Origin: Leucoraja erinacea
Lineage: Eukaryota
Assembly: GCF_028641065.1 (NCBI RefSeq)
Contig: NC_073404.1
Span: forward strand, 5,084,001-5,148,000
Direction of reading: 5' to 3'
DNA length: 64,000 bases
Below the pieces are notes generated by a model. The model searched no databases. It saw nothing but the letters and a program-made list of their open reading frames with translations, and had not been told where the DNA came from. Positions 1 through 11,735 of this stretch are shown piece after piece. The position numbers were made by a program, and so were the translations under genes. The stretch's first letter is position 1. Each line of letters starts with the position of its first letter.

Positions 1-103
1 TTAACACCTGTTCTGTATTATGTTTACATATTCTGTTATGCTGCAGCAAGCAAGAATTTCATTGTCCTATCTGGGACACATGACAATAAAACTCTCTTGA
101 CTT
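1..103 (+). mobile_element. 3' tail of a Rex1/L2-type LINE
   Basis: Ends ...gacacatgacaataaaactctcttgacttg. A reverse copy of the same tail lies at ~408-465. Confidence 0.5.
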
Positions 104-129
104 GGACAAACAAAAAAAGGGGTCTTGGG

Positions 130-224
130 GAAAAAAGAGCAACATTAAATTTAGTTGCGTCTGATTGGGTAACTATGGTAGGGTGAAGACTATTCCATGT
201 TTTAATTGTGCGGGGGAACTCCAT
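130..224 (-). mobile_element. C-terminal LINE RT fragment (CR1/L2 group)
   Basis: The translation FPRTIKTWNSL...F is typical of the end of CR1/L2-group ORF2. Confidence 0.55.
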
Positions 225-469
225 GGAGCAGCCAGCAACTCTGGATAGAAGAAATTGGGTGATGTTTCGGGTAGAGACCCTTTCTTTAGACCCTCTGGTT
301 TTAGTGTTTTTAGCTTAATTTAAAGATACAGTGTGGAAACAGGCCCTTCAGCCTACCGAGTCCACGCTGACCACCCGTACACTAGTTCTATCCCACACAT
401 AAGCGACGTCAGTCAAGAGTCAAGAGTGTTTTATTCTCACGTCCCAGTTAGAACAACGAAATCCAACAG

Positions 470-491
470 AAAGAGAGAGAGCGAGAGAGCG

Positions 492-527
<36 letters not shown>
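470..527. repeat. (GA)n/(TA)n microsatellite
   Basis: agagagagagcgagagagcgatatatatatatat... Confidence 0.9.
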
Positions 528-528
<1 letters not shown>

Positions 529-669
529 ATTTCCCTCATGCATTTAAACTGCAGATGCTGGTTTAAACTGAAGATAGACACAAAAAGCTGGAGTAACTCA
601 ACAGGTCAGATAGAATCTCTGCACAAAAGGAAAATATTACGTTTTGGGTTGGGTCTGAAATAGGTTCCT

Positions 670-812
670 GCACACCTTTGGAATGTGGAAGGAAACAAGA
701 GCACCCAGAGAAAACCCATGCGATCAAAAGGAAAAGGAACAAACTCCATACAGACAGCACCCATATTCAGGATCAATTCCGGGTCTCTGGCACTTTTAGG
801 CAGCAACTTTAT
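670..812 (-). mobile_element. tRNA-derived V-SINE (HE1-like), partial
   Basis: Reverse complement of the SINE body seen at 970, 4655 and 16558. Confidence 0.65.
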
Positions 813-969
813 GGCCAATGTATTGCCTTATAGTCTTGAACTGAATTAAAACATACTGTAAAGGGGGACATAGCATCGCTTGGAGATTTAAGACAGAAAA
901 TTAATATTTTCATTTTTTTAGTAACCAAAGTTATCAACATATAATTTTGTGTGTGTTGGAAAACAAAAT

Positions 970-1199
970 ATAGTGGCACAGCTGGTAAACTTGCTGCCTC
1001 GCACACCAGAGATCTGTGTTCAATCCTGTCCTCGGGCACTGTCTGTGTTGAATTTGCACATTCTCCCTGCAAGTGTGTGGGTTTCCTCCCATATCCCAAA
1101 GACGCATTGGCTTTGTAGGTTAACTTGTCTCTGTAAAATTGCCCCTAATGTGTAGAGAGTGGGTGAGGAAAGTGGGATAATAGTACTTGTGGGAATGGG
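970..1199 (+). mobile_element. tRNA-derived V-SINE (HE1-like)
   Basis: Has an A-box-like tggcacagctgg, a B-box-like gttcaatcc and the V-domain-like gtgtgggtttcctcccat. Confidence 0.7.
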
Positions 1200-2365
1200 T
1201 AGACAAAAATGCTGGAGAAACTCAGAGGGTGAGGCAGCATCTATGGAGCAAAGGAGGTAGACGACGTTTCGGGTCAAGACCGTTCTTCAGACTGATGTGA
1301 GGGTGGGGGGGACGGGAAGAAGAAAGGAAGAGGCGAAGACAATGGCCTGAGGGAGAGCTGGGAAGGGGAGGAGAAAGCAGGGATTACCTGAAATTGAAGA
1401 AGTCAGTGTTCATACCGCTGGGGTGTAAACTGCCCAAGCGAAATATGAGGTGCTGCTCCTCCAATTTACTGTGGGCCTCATTCAGGCCATGGAACAGGCC
1501 CAGGACAGAAAGGTCGGATTCGGAATGGGAGGGGGAGTTGAAGTGCTGAGCCACCGGGAGATCAGGTTGGTTATTGCGAACCGAGCGGAGATGTTGGGCG
1601 AAGCGATTGCCAAGCCTACGCTTGGTCTCACCGATGTAGAGCAGCTGACACCTGGAGCAGCGGATGCAATAGATGAGGTTGGAGGAGGTACAGGTGAACC
1701 TCTGCCGCACCTGGAAAGACTATTTGGGTCCTTGAATGGAGTCAAGGGGGGAGGTAAAGCGACAAGTGTAGCATTTCCTGCAGTTGCAAAGGAAAGTGCC
1801 AGGGGAGGGGGAGGTTTGGGTGGGAAGGGACAAATTAACCAGGGAGTTACGGAGGGAGCGGTCTCTACGGAAAGCCAACAGGGGAGGAGATGGGGAGATG
1901 TGGCCAGTGGTGGGAGCCCATTGGTAGACAAAAAAGCTGGAGAAAATCTGCGGGTAAGGGAGCATCTATGGAGCGTAGAAATAGGCAACGTTTCGGGTCG
2001 AGACCCTTCTTCAGATTGATGTCAGGGGGGGACACACGAAAAAGAAAGGAAGAGGTGGAGACAGTAGGCCGTGGGAGAGCTGGGAATGGGAGGGGAAGGA
2101 GGGAGAAAGGAAGGACTACCTGAAATTAGAGAAGCCAATGTTCATACCGCTGGGTTGTAAACTACCCAAGCAAATATGAGGTGCTGCTCCTCCAATATGC
2201 GGTGGTCCTCACCCTGGCCATGGAGGAGGCCCAGGACAGAAAGGTCGGATTTGGAATGGGAGGGGGAGTTGAAGTGTTGAGCCACCGGGAGATCAGGTTG
2301 GTTATTGCGAACTGAGTGGAGGTGTTGTGTGAAGCGATCGCCAAGCCCGCGCTTGGTCTCACCGA
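1200..2365 (-). mobile_element. Penelope-like element, partial tandem (two GIY-YIG C-terminal units, each with a hammerhead motif)
   Basis: ORF 1384-1710 reads FTCTSSNLIYCIRCSRCQLLYIGETKRRLGNRFAQH (GIY-YIG), with a second truncated unit at 2142-2365. CTGAAGA-stem-GAAA motifs lie at 1263-1290 and 1987-2014. Confidence 0.88.
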
Positions 2366-2734
2366 GGTTGATCATACGCTGAATAATCCAACCATATTTT
2401 TGTTTGGAAGTGGAAAGAAATAATAGAAATTGCATTCATTGCAATGCGTAAAAATAGTTGATACTGCATTATAATTTTGCAGCATGTCATTGTGGTATCT
2501 ATCATGTCTTGATTGGTGAATATGTTTAGTGTGTGACTTTATTTGAAGCAGAAATAATATGTGAATGCTTCATTGAGCATAATTCCGACTGGTAACTACG
2601 CACTTCGTTCGAGCACATTATCGCACGCGTCATGCAAGCCGTCCTAAATGACCAGCTAAACTGTCATTTGGCAACTTGAAAAGCTGCCAAGGTTGCCCCG
2701 CTGACAACAGAGGGGAAAAAAAGGGAGAGCCCTG
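2366..2734 (-). mobile_element. Terminal fragment of hAT-like non-autonomous DNA element
   Basis: Reverse-complement copy of 22588-22927, ending gagagccctg. Confidence 0.7.
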
Positions 2735-4654
2735 CAAGGTGTATAATATTTTTGACACTGTCATAAGCCATTCTTACATATGCTATCACAACACACTGTA
2801 CTCTCGAAACAACCCTTTAGTAATTTTCCTTGCCCTCCATTTCAGAATAATAGTGTTTTCAGCCAATAACTCGACACCAGTACTGGCAATAAATACATAA
2901 ATAAAAAGCACCGCTTTCCAGACCGTTATCTCATTGGCCACGCTCGGCTGCAAATCGGTATCAATCTGGTGGACCAACTTCCTCTAGTTGTGGGGGTGGG
3001 GGATTGGGAGGGGCCTCACAAGTGGAACAGCCTAAATCCGGCCCTGCCCACCAGCTCATCGTTCCCCACCACACCTGGTTCCACATATCACCTACCAGTC
3101 TCTGTTGCATCCCTTCTTCTCACCTCTTTATACCTGCTACCTTCCTTTCATCCTTAGTCCTGATGTGGGTCAAGACTTGAAACTTCAATTTTAGTTTCAG
3201 ATTTCAACGGTCATTTTTCTTCCACAGTTGCTGCTTAACCTGCTGAGTTCCTGTGCTTTTACGTGTCGAAAATTCAGACAAACCCTTCAATAAAATAGCA
3301 TTTTACATGATTCTAATTCTCAGCCTGATATATTAATTCATGGATTAGACTTTAACAAACAAAGAAGTATCTTGTGCTAGTTCCCAATCCAAGTATTTTT
3401 CTCAGGACTTTTTGATTATTCCTTCCTTCACTGCCAGAGCTTGAAGGATATGCTGTGAACAAGTTGGTAAAAGTTTACACCACTCCCCCACCTCCTCCGC
3501 ATTCTCCACCCCCAACCGAGGATAAACCTTTTGTTCTTTTGAACTTTCTTGCACAAAGCAACTGTAGACTGCCATTCCATCGAGTCCCATTTACAGGTTC
3601 TGCACTAGTAAATAGCCAGCTCGTGATTGTACAACCAAAAGCTTAAAATTACAGCAATTCTGAACAAATTCAGGGTAATTCATTATGTAAAATAAGAGTA
3701 TTTCTCATGTATAAATAAGAAAACGAGGCATCTTGCTGAAGTGATGTTATACGTTTATGAGTGAAGGCAATTCCTAAAATACAAGCACATGCATTCCTTT
3801 GTTTTGAGTCATTAGTATGCCAGAATAAGTGTATAATCACTTTTAGAAAAAGCAGCCAACTACTCTCAGTAGACCGAAACAAACCCACGAAACAAGAGCA
3901 TCTATTGTCAAACAGCATGACTAAGAGGAAGTACATTGGTCCTTGTGGCATTACATCACCTTTAAAACAGCACAAATGCAAAACTTGGTTGCTAACATGA
4001 TTTGCCCTTCAACGGTCAGAAGCACAGCAACATCAAGTGATATGTAATTACTGCATTTTCACGTTCACTACCAAAGCCTTTAGCAACTGTTACTGAATGG
4101 CACATAACCAAATTGCCACTGTGCATTTTGTGCTTATTTTGACAATGAGATTTAGGTGCAACACTTTATTTTCTTCAGAACTGAAAGGCAGGATGGAAAT
4201 AATGAAATGCTGTGTCACTCAGCGAGTCAGACAGCATCACTTGCAAACAAGGATAGGTGGTTGAAGAAGGGTTTTGACCAGAAATTTCATCTATCCATGT
4301 TCTGCAGAGAGGCTGCCTAACCCAATGTTACTCCTACACTTTGCCTTTTTGTAAATTAACCAGCATCTGTAGTTCTACATGGAAATAACAAATTTCCCCC
4401 CAATGTATCAATAGACGACAGAAGGAAAATATGCACTATTTCTTGACCCAGAAAAATGTACAAGATATTTATTCACCAAGATGGGAGACACATGAAACAG
4501 AGACGTTTGACAGATTTGTTTACTTGGAGTAATTTTTTCTGCTTATGCTTTGCAGTCCATTAGTTACAACGACCACTCAAGGAAATTAATCATATATTGC
4601 ATGACAACAGGATAATTTTCAGACTCCCCCACTCTACACACACACACACACACA

Positions 4655-5445
4655 CCATGGTGCACAGCAGTAGATTTGCTATCTTACAGCGCCAGAGACA
4701 CGGGTTCAATCCTGAGTGCGGGTGCTGTCTATACGGAGTTTGAACATTCACCCTGTTTCCGGTTTCCTCCCACATTCCAAAAAGACGTACACGTTTGTAG
4801 GCCAATTGGCTTGGTAAAATCGTAAATTGTCCCTAGTGTGTGTAGGATAGTGCTAGTGTACGGGTTGATTGCTGGTCGGCGCGGTCTAATAAGGTCATAA
4901 GTGATAGGAGTAGAATTAGGCCATTCGGCCCATCATCTACTCCACCATTCAATCATGGCTGATCTATCTCTAAACCCCTAACCCCATTCTCCTGCCTTCT
5001 TCCCATTACCTCTGACACCTGTCCTAATCAAGAATCTATCTATCTCTGCCTTAAAAGTATCCACTGACTTGGCCTCCACAACCTTCTGTGGCAAAGAATT
5101 CCACAGATACACCGCCCTCTGACAAAATAAATGTTTCCTCATCTCCTTCCTAAAACGTCCTTTAATGAGACTCTCACTAGTGGCAACATACTCTCCACAT
5201 CCACTCTATCCAAGCCTTTCACTATTCTATATGTTTCAATGAGGTCCCCCCTCATTCTCACTGTACCTTAATTGATATACATGACAATAAACTGACCTTG
5301 AAAACTTGATTCTTCTAAACTCCAGTGAGTACAGGCCCAGTGCCGACAAATGCTCAACACAGGTTAACCAACTCTTGCCTGGGATCATTCTTGTAATTGA
5401 CTCAGTGAACCGAAGGAACTTTCATACCACTATCTCTAGAACTAA
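4655..5445 (+). mobile_element. HE1-like SINE interrupted by a minus-strand CR1 3' fragment (~4891-5396)
   Basis: The SINE head and body run 4655-4885, a reverse CR1 tail (ggccattcggccc...atcatggctgatc) follows, and the SINE tail resumes at ~5398. Confidence 0.7.
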
Positions 5446-6064
5446 AGCACTATTAAAAAAAACTAAAAACATAAACTTTTGACAGTGTACTCCAGGCAAT
5501 TTATCTCCTTTTCCAAAATGGATATACACTTTAAATGAAAGTTCAATACAATTTCCCCCAAAATTGAATAGCCCAATAATTTAAATTAGGCCAATTAGCA
5601 GAAAATTGGGAATTTGAATACATTAAAAAAAAAGAGGATACCGGGCCGTTCAAGCCCGCTCCACTGTTCATCGTGATCTTGGGTGATCCAATTCTCAATA
5701 CCATTTTTATGTTCTCTCACCATACAGCACCCTCCATAATGTTTGGGACAAAGACCCATCATTTATTTATTTGCCTCCGTATGCCACAATTTGAGATTTG
5801 TAATCGGAAAAAACAAAAACATGTAGTTAAAGTGCACATTGTCAGATTTTATTAAAGGGTATTATTTTAACATTTTGTTTTCACCATGTAGAAATTACAG
5901 CTGCATTTATACACAGTCCCCCATTTCAGGGCACCATAATGTTTGGGACACATGGCGTCACAAGTGTTTGTAATTACTCAGGTGTCTTTAAATGCAGGTA
6001 TAAGAGAGCTCTCAGCACCTAGTCTTTCCATCACGTTTGGAAACTTTTATTGCTGTTTATCAAC

Positions 6065-7203
6065 ATGAGGACAAAAGTTGTGTCAATGAAAGTCAAATAA
6101 GCCATTATGAGACTGAGAAACAAGAATAAAACTGTTAGAGACATCAGCCAAACCTTAGGCTTACCAACATCAACTGTTTGGAACATCATTAAGAAGAAAG
6201 AGAGCACTGGTGAGCTTACTAATTTCAAAGGGACTGGCAGGCCACGGAAGACCTCCACAGCTGATGACAGACAAATTCTCTATAATAAAGGAACAGCCCC
6301 AAACACCTGCCCGACAGATCAGAAACATTCTTCAGGAGTCGGGTGTGGATTTGTCAATGACCACTTTCGTCAGAAGACTTCATGAACAGAAATACAGATA
6401 CTACACTGCAAGATGCAAACCACAAGTCAGCCGCAAAAATAGGATGACCAGGTTACAGTTTGTCAAGAAGTACTTAAAAGAGCAACCACAATTCTGTAAA
6501 AAGGTCTTGTGGTCTGATGAGATGAAGATTAACTTATACCAGAGTGAAGGCAAGAGCAAAGTCTGGAGGAGAGAAATAAATGGCCAAGATCCAAAGCATA
6601 CCACCTCATCTGTGAAACACAGTGGTGGGGTGTTATGGCCTGAGCAGCCATGGCTGCTGAAGGTACAAGCTCACATATTTTCATTGACAATACAACTGCT
6701 GATGGTATTAGCATAATGAATTCTGATGTGTATAGACACATCCTATCTGCTCAAGTTCAAACAAATACCTCAAAACTCATTGGCCGGTGGTTCATTCTAC
6801 AGCAAGACATTGATTCAGTCTGAAGAAGGGTTTCGACCCGAAACGGTGCCTATTTCCTTCGCTCCATAGATGCTGCCTCACCCGCAGAGTTTCTCCAGCA
6901 TTTTTGTCTACCAATGATTCCAAACATACTGTTAAAGCAATAAAGGAGTTTTTCAAAGCTAAAAAATGGTCAGATCTTGAGTGGCCAAGTCAATCACCCG
7001 ATCTGAACCCAATTGAGCATGCCTTTTATATGCTGAAGAGAAAACTGAAGGGGACTAGCCCCCAAAACAAGCATAAGCTAAAGATGGCTGCAATACAGGC
7101 CTGGCAGAGCATCGCCAGAGAAGACACCCAGCAACTGGTGATGTCCATGAATCGCAGATGTCAAGCAGTTATTGCATGCAAAGGATATGCAACAAAATAC
7201 TAA
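6065..7203 (+). pseudogene. Tc1 transposase pseudogene
   Basis: Contains stops and frameshifts, and a Penelope-derived insertion splits the QQDNDPKH motif. Confidence 0.88.
6816..6912 (+). mobile_element. Penelope-derived hammerhead-bearing fragment inside Tc1
   Basis: agtCTGAAGAagggtttcgacccGAAAcgg is flanked by the imperfect duplication attgatt/aatgatt. Confidence 0.8.
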
Positions 7204-8896
7204 ACATGACTACCTTAATTCACATAACATTGCTGTATCCCAAACATTATGGTGCCCTGAAATGGGGGGACCATGTTTAAACACAGTTGTAATTTCAACA
7301 TGGTGAAACCAAAATGTATAAAAATGTCCTTTATTAAAATCTGACAATGTGCAGTTTAACCACATGTGTTTTTTCTATTATAAATATCAAAGTGTGGAGT
7401 ACAGAGGCAAGTAAATAAATGATGGTAGGAATAGGTAAAGTCACTGCACCCGTTAGGCTGTGTGACAGAAGGAAATCCTTTCTTTACCCAGAGTATGAAA
7501 GATGCCTGGAAGACTAGTCTAAAATGGTAATCGAGGATATCTTTATGTCCTGGGTATCTACACTGGGTGTCCTGGGCTGATCTTACTGACCTTCCACTGA
7601 GGAGGCCCGAGACAGAAGACCCTACACTGCCTTTAACAGGGGGCCAAGCTAGGCAGGGAAATTTACAACAGATATTCTGAAATATTGAATAATTATCGTA
7701 ATAGATCTAATTAAGAAAATAGCAAATTAAGTAAAAATGATTAAAAATACATTGGCAAAATACCTCTTCTTTTTCATGATTTACGGGCCAGGAATCCCCA
7801 TTCAAATGAGTGGGACTCTGCTCTGACTCCAGGTCTGAACTGGCATAGAAGAGATGGGGAAGATTCCAGAAACAGATCCGAGTGACAGATGCACCACCAT
7901 CTGTTAGTTACTAAACAAGTCTCACAAGTTCTGCATTTGGCTACACAAGCACAAGGCTCAGAGACGAACTGAGAATTAAATGGCTGACATTTGATAGATC
8001 CAATTTGAACAGCTGACTACAGTCAGCAAGATTCACCTTAACATCTACAAACAAACTCTGCTATTCTACCAACTTTTGTGTAATATTTAAAAAATCTGAA
8101 CAGGCAATGCAACCCATTGCAAATCAACAGCAACTCTGCTTAGTTTAATAATTTTGTGGCGTTCAGTAATTATTTTAATTACATTCAGGTGATTTTCTAA
8201 CAACTGGCATGAAGCTAATTGTGCGGGAGTAACTCAGGTGATCAGGCAAAATCTATGTAAAGAATGTGCAGACAACGTTTTGGGCCAGGACCCTTTTTCA
8301 GACATGAAGTAGAGGGAGAAAGCTGGCAAATGGCATGAGCAGGGCAACCCTTAGTTAGTGATAGCTTGATACAAGTCAGAGAGTGAAAAAGGGACTAACG
8401 GTGACAATTAAGGGAAGAACAGAAAACTGGAGGGAGGTTGGTAAAATGGGAGAGGGAAGAAGGAAATATGGAAGTCTGGGATAGGGGATGAGCGTACAGA
8501 GGAGAGGAAAGGAGCAGGGTGACCTGGCATACTGGGAGATGGGTGGGGTTGAAGGCAGTGGATGGAGTCAGTTTTAAATCATTTACAATGCCAGACTTTA
8601 ATATCCTTAAGGGGTGAAGACCCACTGCCAACTGATCAAAGAATTTCAATGATTTACATACTGTTCAAGAAAAGATAACATATGCCATGTTAGTATTTCA
8701 ATGGAAATGTCACAAGTTCAACAACTGGCACATCTTCCTTACTTCTGCATTTAAAATGCGAAGATCCAATTCTGAAATTAATTGTATTGAAAGGTTTTCC
8801 CCACCTAGCACCATCTGTCCATTGCATTTCCATTTTAACGGTCTTATTAACTAACAGTTACTCATCTCTTTTCTTGCAGAATTTAGGTTAGGCTAC

Positions 8897-9321
8897 CTGC
8901 CCAAGTGTAGGAGAGGTGTACTGACTGTGTGGGCCCCCCCCCCGCTGTGTCTCCCTGTCCCCGCTCCCCGATGGGCCGCTACCAGTTTGCTGCCCGAGCT
9001 GTGCCCCCTCACCACTCACAGTTGGAGCGGGGGCTGGGAGAGTTCTGGCTGTGAGTCTATCACCGACCAACTGCCACTTGTCGCTGTCCATCTCAACCCT
9101 CCTTCTCGCCTCTTTGCTTTGGCCACCGCTTACATTCACAGCCCAGTCATGCAACCCGGGTTCCTCACGAGCCTGAAACTGGCTCAACTTGGGATCTCCG
9201 TTTGCAGTCGGTGTCCCGTTGGTCCTGACGTCTCCGGTCACACAGTTGTTGCAGAGTTCCTGTCCCAGTCTCAGCTTCTGTACAGGGGGGTGGCCGGAGA
9301 CGTCAGACCAGCCCTTTGTCC
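8897..9321 (-). other. GC-rich exon-like fragment of unknown origin
   Basis: Stop-free in both the minus frame (ORF 8888-9523) and the antisense frame. The acceptor is ctttgtccgctgtccccgtag and the donor CAG|gtagcc is weak. Confidence 0.35.
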
Positions 9322-10484
9322 CTACGGGGACAGCGGACAAAGTAGCACTTTTCACAATTTGAATTCCCAGCCTGATATTAATCATGGACAAGACTGTTTT
9401 CATGTGAACATAGTTATAGAAGTACTTTATTCTAATTCCAAGTCTAAATATTGTTCTCTGATTATTCCTTCCCTGTCCACTACTATCCTTCACCCTAGAG
9501 CCTGGCAGGTAAGTTGTGATCAATTTGGGTAAAAAACATTACACCATCACCTGTTCCACCAAGCCAAATTTATGTATTTGCATTTGTAAATACCCAGCTC
9601 GAAAGAGAGAAAAGTAGAGGGAGGGGAGGGGTGTTATTTTACATTGGGTTGTAAGCTACCCACGCTGAATCGAAGGTGCTATTCTTCCAGTTTGGGTGTG
9701 GCCTCCCTCTGGCAAAGGATGCAGCCAAGGACAGAAAAGTTGCTATGGGAATTAGAATGGGAGTTAAAATTGTGAGCAACAGGCTTCGGCGGTCTGAGTG
9801 CAAGTGTTCAACAAAAAGGTCACCTAGTCTACGCTTTGTCTCGCCAATTTAGCGGGCCAGGTACAAGCTCTGGATAGAAGGAAAGGGTGACGTTTCGGAT
9901 CAAAACCCTTCTTCAGACTGAAGCCTGTAAACTAGCATCTGCAGCTCCTCCCTTCATAACTCTCCTCTAATGTGTGTTTACACCATCTTCTTATCGAGTC
10001 CACATCACAAGATTAGAAATTGTTCAGCCAGAGCTGAACACATTTCTCGGCATCTGCGTACAATTGCATCTTGCGCTTTTTGTGGATAGATTGGTGGAAA
10101 CAGGGCCATGACGTGAATGCGCTTTCCTTGAGCCCTCTTTATACTATATTCGTGGTGGGTCTAATTGCTTAGCTCTGGCTGTTCTGGTCGCCCCTTTACA
10201 AGAAGCACATGGAGGCTTTGGAGAGGGTGTGGAAGAGGTTTGCCAGAATGAAGAAGAGTCACGATCTGAAACGTTACCCATCACTGTCTTCCACAGATGC
10301 TGCCCGACCCGCTTAGTTACTCCAGCACTTTGTGTCTTTTTTAAAAATCAGGATGATCTCTGGATAAAGAAGGCATTGGCTATAAGGAGTTGATGGTCAG
10401 ACCTGGGTTGTATTATCTGGGAAATTTGTGGTTGAAGGGGGCCCTGATGGAAATGTATAAAATCATGGGCATAAATTATTACAA

Positions 10485-10700
10485 CGTGCGCTGTCTGTAC
10501 AGAGTTTGTACGTTCGCCCTGTGACCTGCGTGGGTTTTCCCCTGGATCTCCGGTTTCCTCCCACACTACAACGACGTTAAGGTTTGTAAGTTCATTGGTT
10601 TGGTAAATAATGCAAATTATCCCTAGTGTGTGTGTAGGATAGTGTTAGTGTGCTGGTCAGGGCCTGTTTTCAAGCTGTATCTCTAAACTAATAAACTAAA
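10485..10700 (+). mobile_element. HE1-like SINE (5' truncated) nested in CR1 fragment ~10180-10975
   Basis: gtgacctgcgtgggttttcc...tgtatctctaaactaa, with CR1 ORF2/3'UTR remnants on both sides. Confidence 0.7.
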
Positions 10701-11469
10701 CGTTGATAGGGTAGACATAATCTTTTATCCAGGGTGCAAATTTCAAAGATGAAGGCATAGCTTTAAGGTGAGAGGGCCAACATGTAAAGATGATGTGCGA
10801 GGCAGAGTTTTTAAACATGCTGCTGGTGGTGGTGGAGGTAAGTGTAATACCGGTTAAGAGGCCCATGGATAGACACAAGGATATGTGGGGAATGGAGGGG
10901 TGTAGATCATGTGCAGGCAGAAGAGATTAGTTTAACTTGGCATCATGTTCAGCATGGACATAGTGGGCTGAAGGGCCTGTAGTTCTGAACTACTCTATAC
11001 TTCATTGGTGACCCTCGGACTATATTTGATTGGACTTTGCCTTGTACTAAAAATTTCCTTATCACGTATCCATACACAGTAAATGGCTCGACTGTAATCA
11101 TGTATTGTCTTTCCGCTGACTGGATAGCATGCAACAAAGGCTTTTCGCTGTACCTCGGTACACGTGATAATAAACTAAATTGATAAAACTGTTCTATGTT
11201 CTATTTCCCATGCATATCAGAGTGTCACCATAGCAAGCACTGGTCTGTTCAGATTTATTGGCCCCGACTTATTTCCCAATTTGCACAGTTCCAAGTGCTC
11301 TGGGTGCCAGCAATCATCCCCCCAATTACCACAGGAAATCATTAAAATAATTACATTGAGACATAAGATTGTGTCTGGGTGGATGATCCCTGTATTCCCC
11401 TACAGTGCTACAAGTTTCCTGACATTTCGAAGGGAACAGCATTCAATGCTTGTAACCATGGCAAGAAAA

Positions 11470-11735
11470 GTGAAGGGAAACAGATTTAATAGGAATCTTA
11501 GGGGTAACCTTTTCACACAAAGGGTGGTAGGTGTATGGAACAAGCTGCCAGAGGAGGTAGTTGAGTCTGGGACTATCCCAATTTTTAAGAGACAGTTAGA
11601 CAGGTAAATGGATAGGACAGGTTTGGAGGGATATGGACCAAGCGCAGACAGGAGGGACTAGTGTAGCTGGGACATGTTGGCCGGTGTGGGCAAGTTGGGT
11701 CGAAGGGCCCGTTTCCACACTGTATCACTCTATGA
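11470..11735 (+). mobile_element. CR1 (HER1-like) 3' end
   Basis: Translates as RGNLFTQRVVGVWNKLPEEVVE, with the 3'UTR gaagggcccgtttccacactgtatcactctatgac. Confidence 0.85.

Larger units (their letters stand above)
5725..7425 (+). mobile_element. Tc1-family IR/DR transposon, decayed
   Basis: Starts TA|cag. The ~230-bp TIRs carry the direct repeat ccataatgtttgggaca (5734, 5934; inverse at ~7237). Transposase fragments include GRPRKT, VLWSDE and WPSQSPDLNPIE...KGYATKY. The right TIR is truncated. Confidence 0.92.

Noticed and set aside
1384-1710. Stand-alone GIY-YIG nuclease gene (also 17819-18142)
   Set aside because: These are truncated Penelope retroelement copies, not host genes.
7764-8044. 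Candidate minus-strand exon (ttgtag|...GAG|gtattt)
   Set aside because: It has stops in the frames I checked, no LIS1 similarity, and overlaps an old repeated motif.
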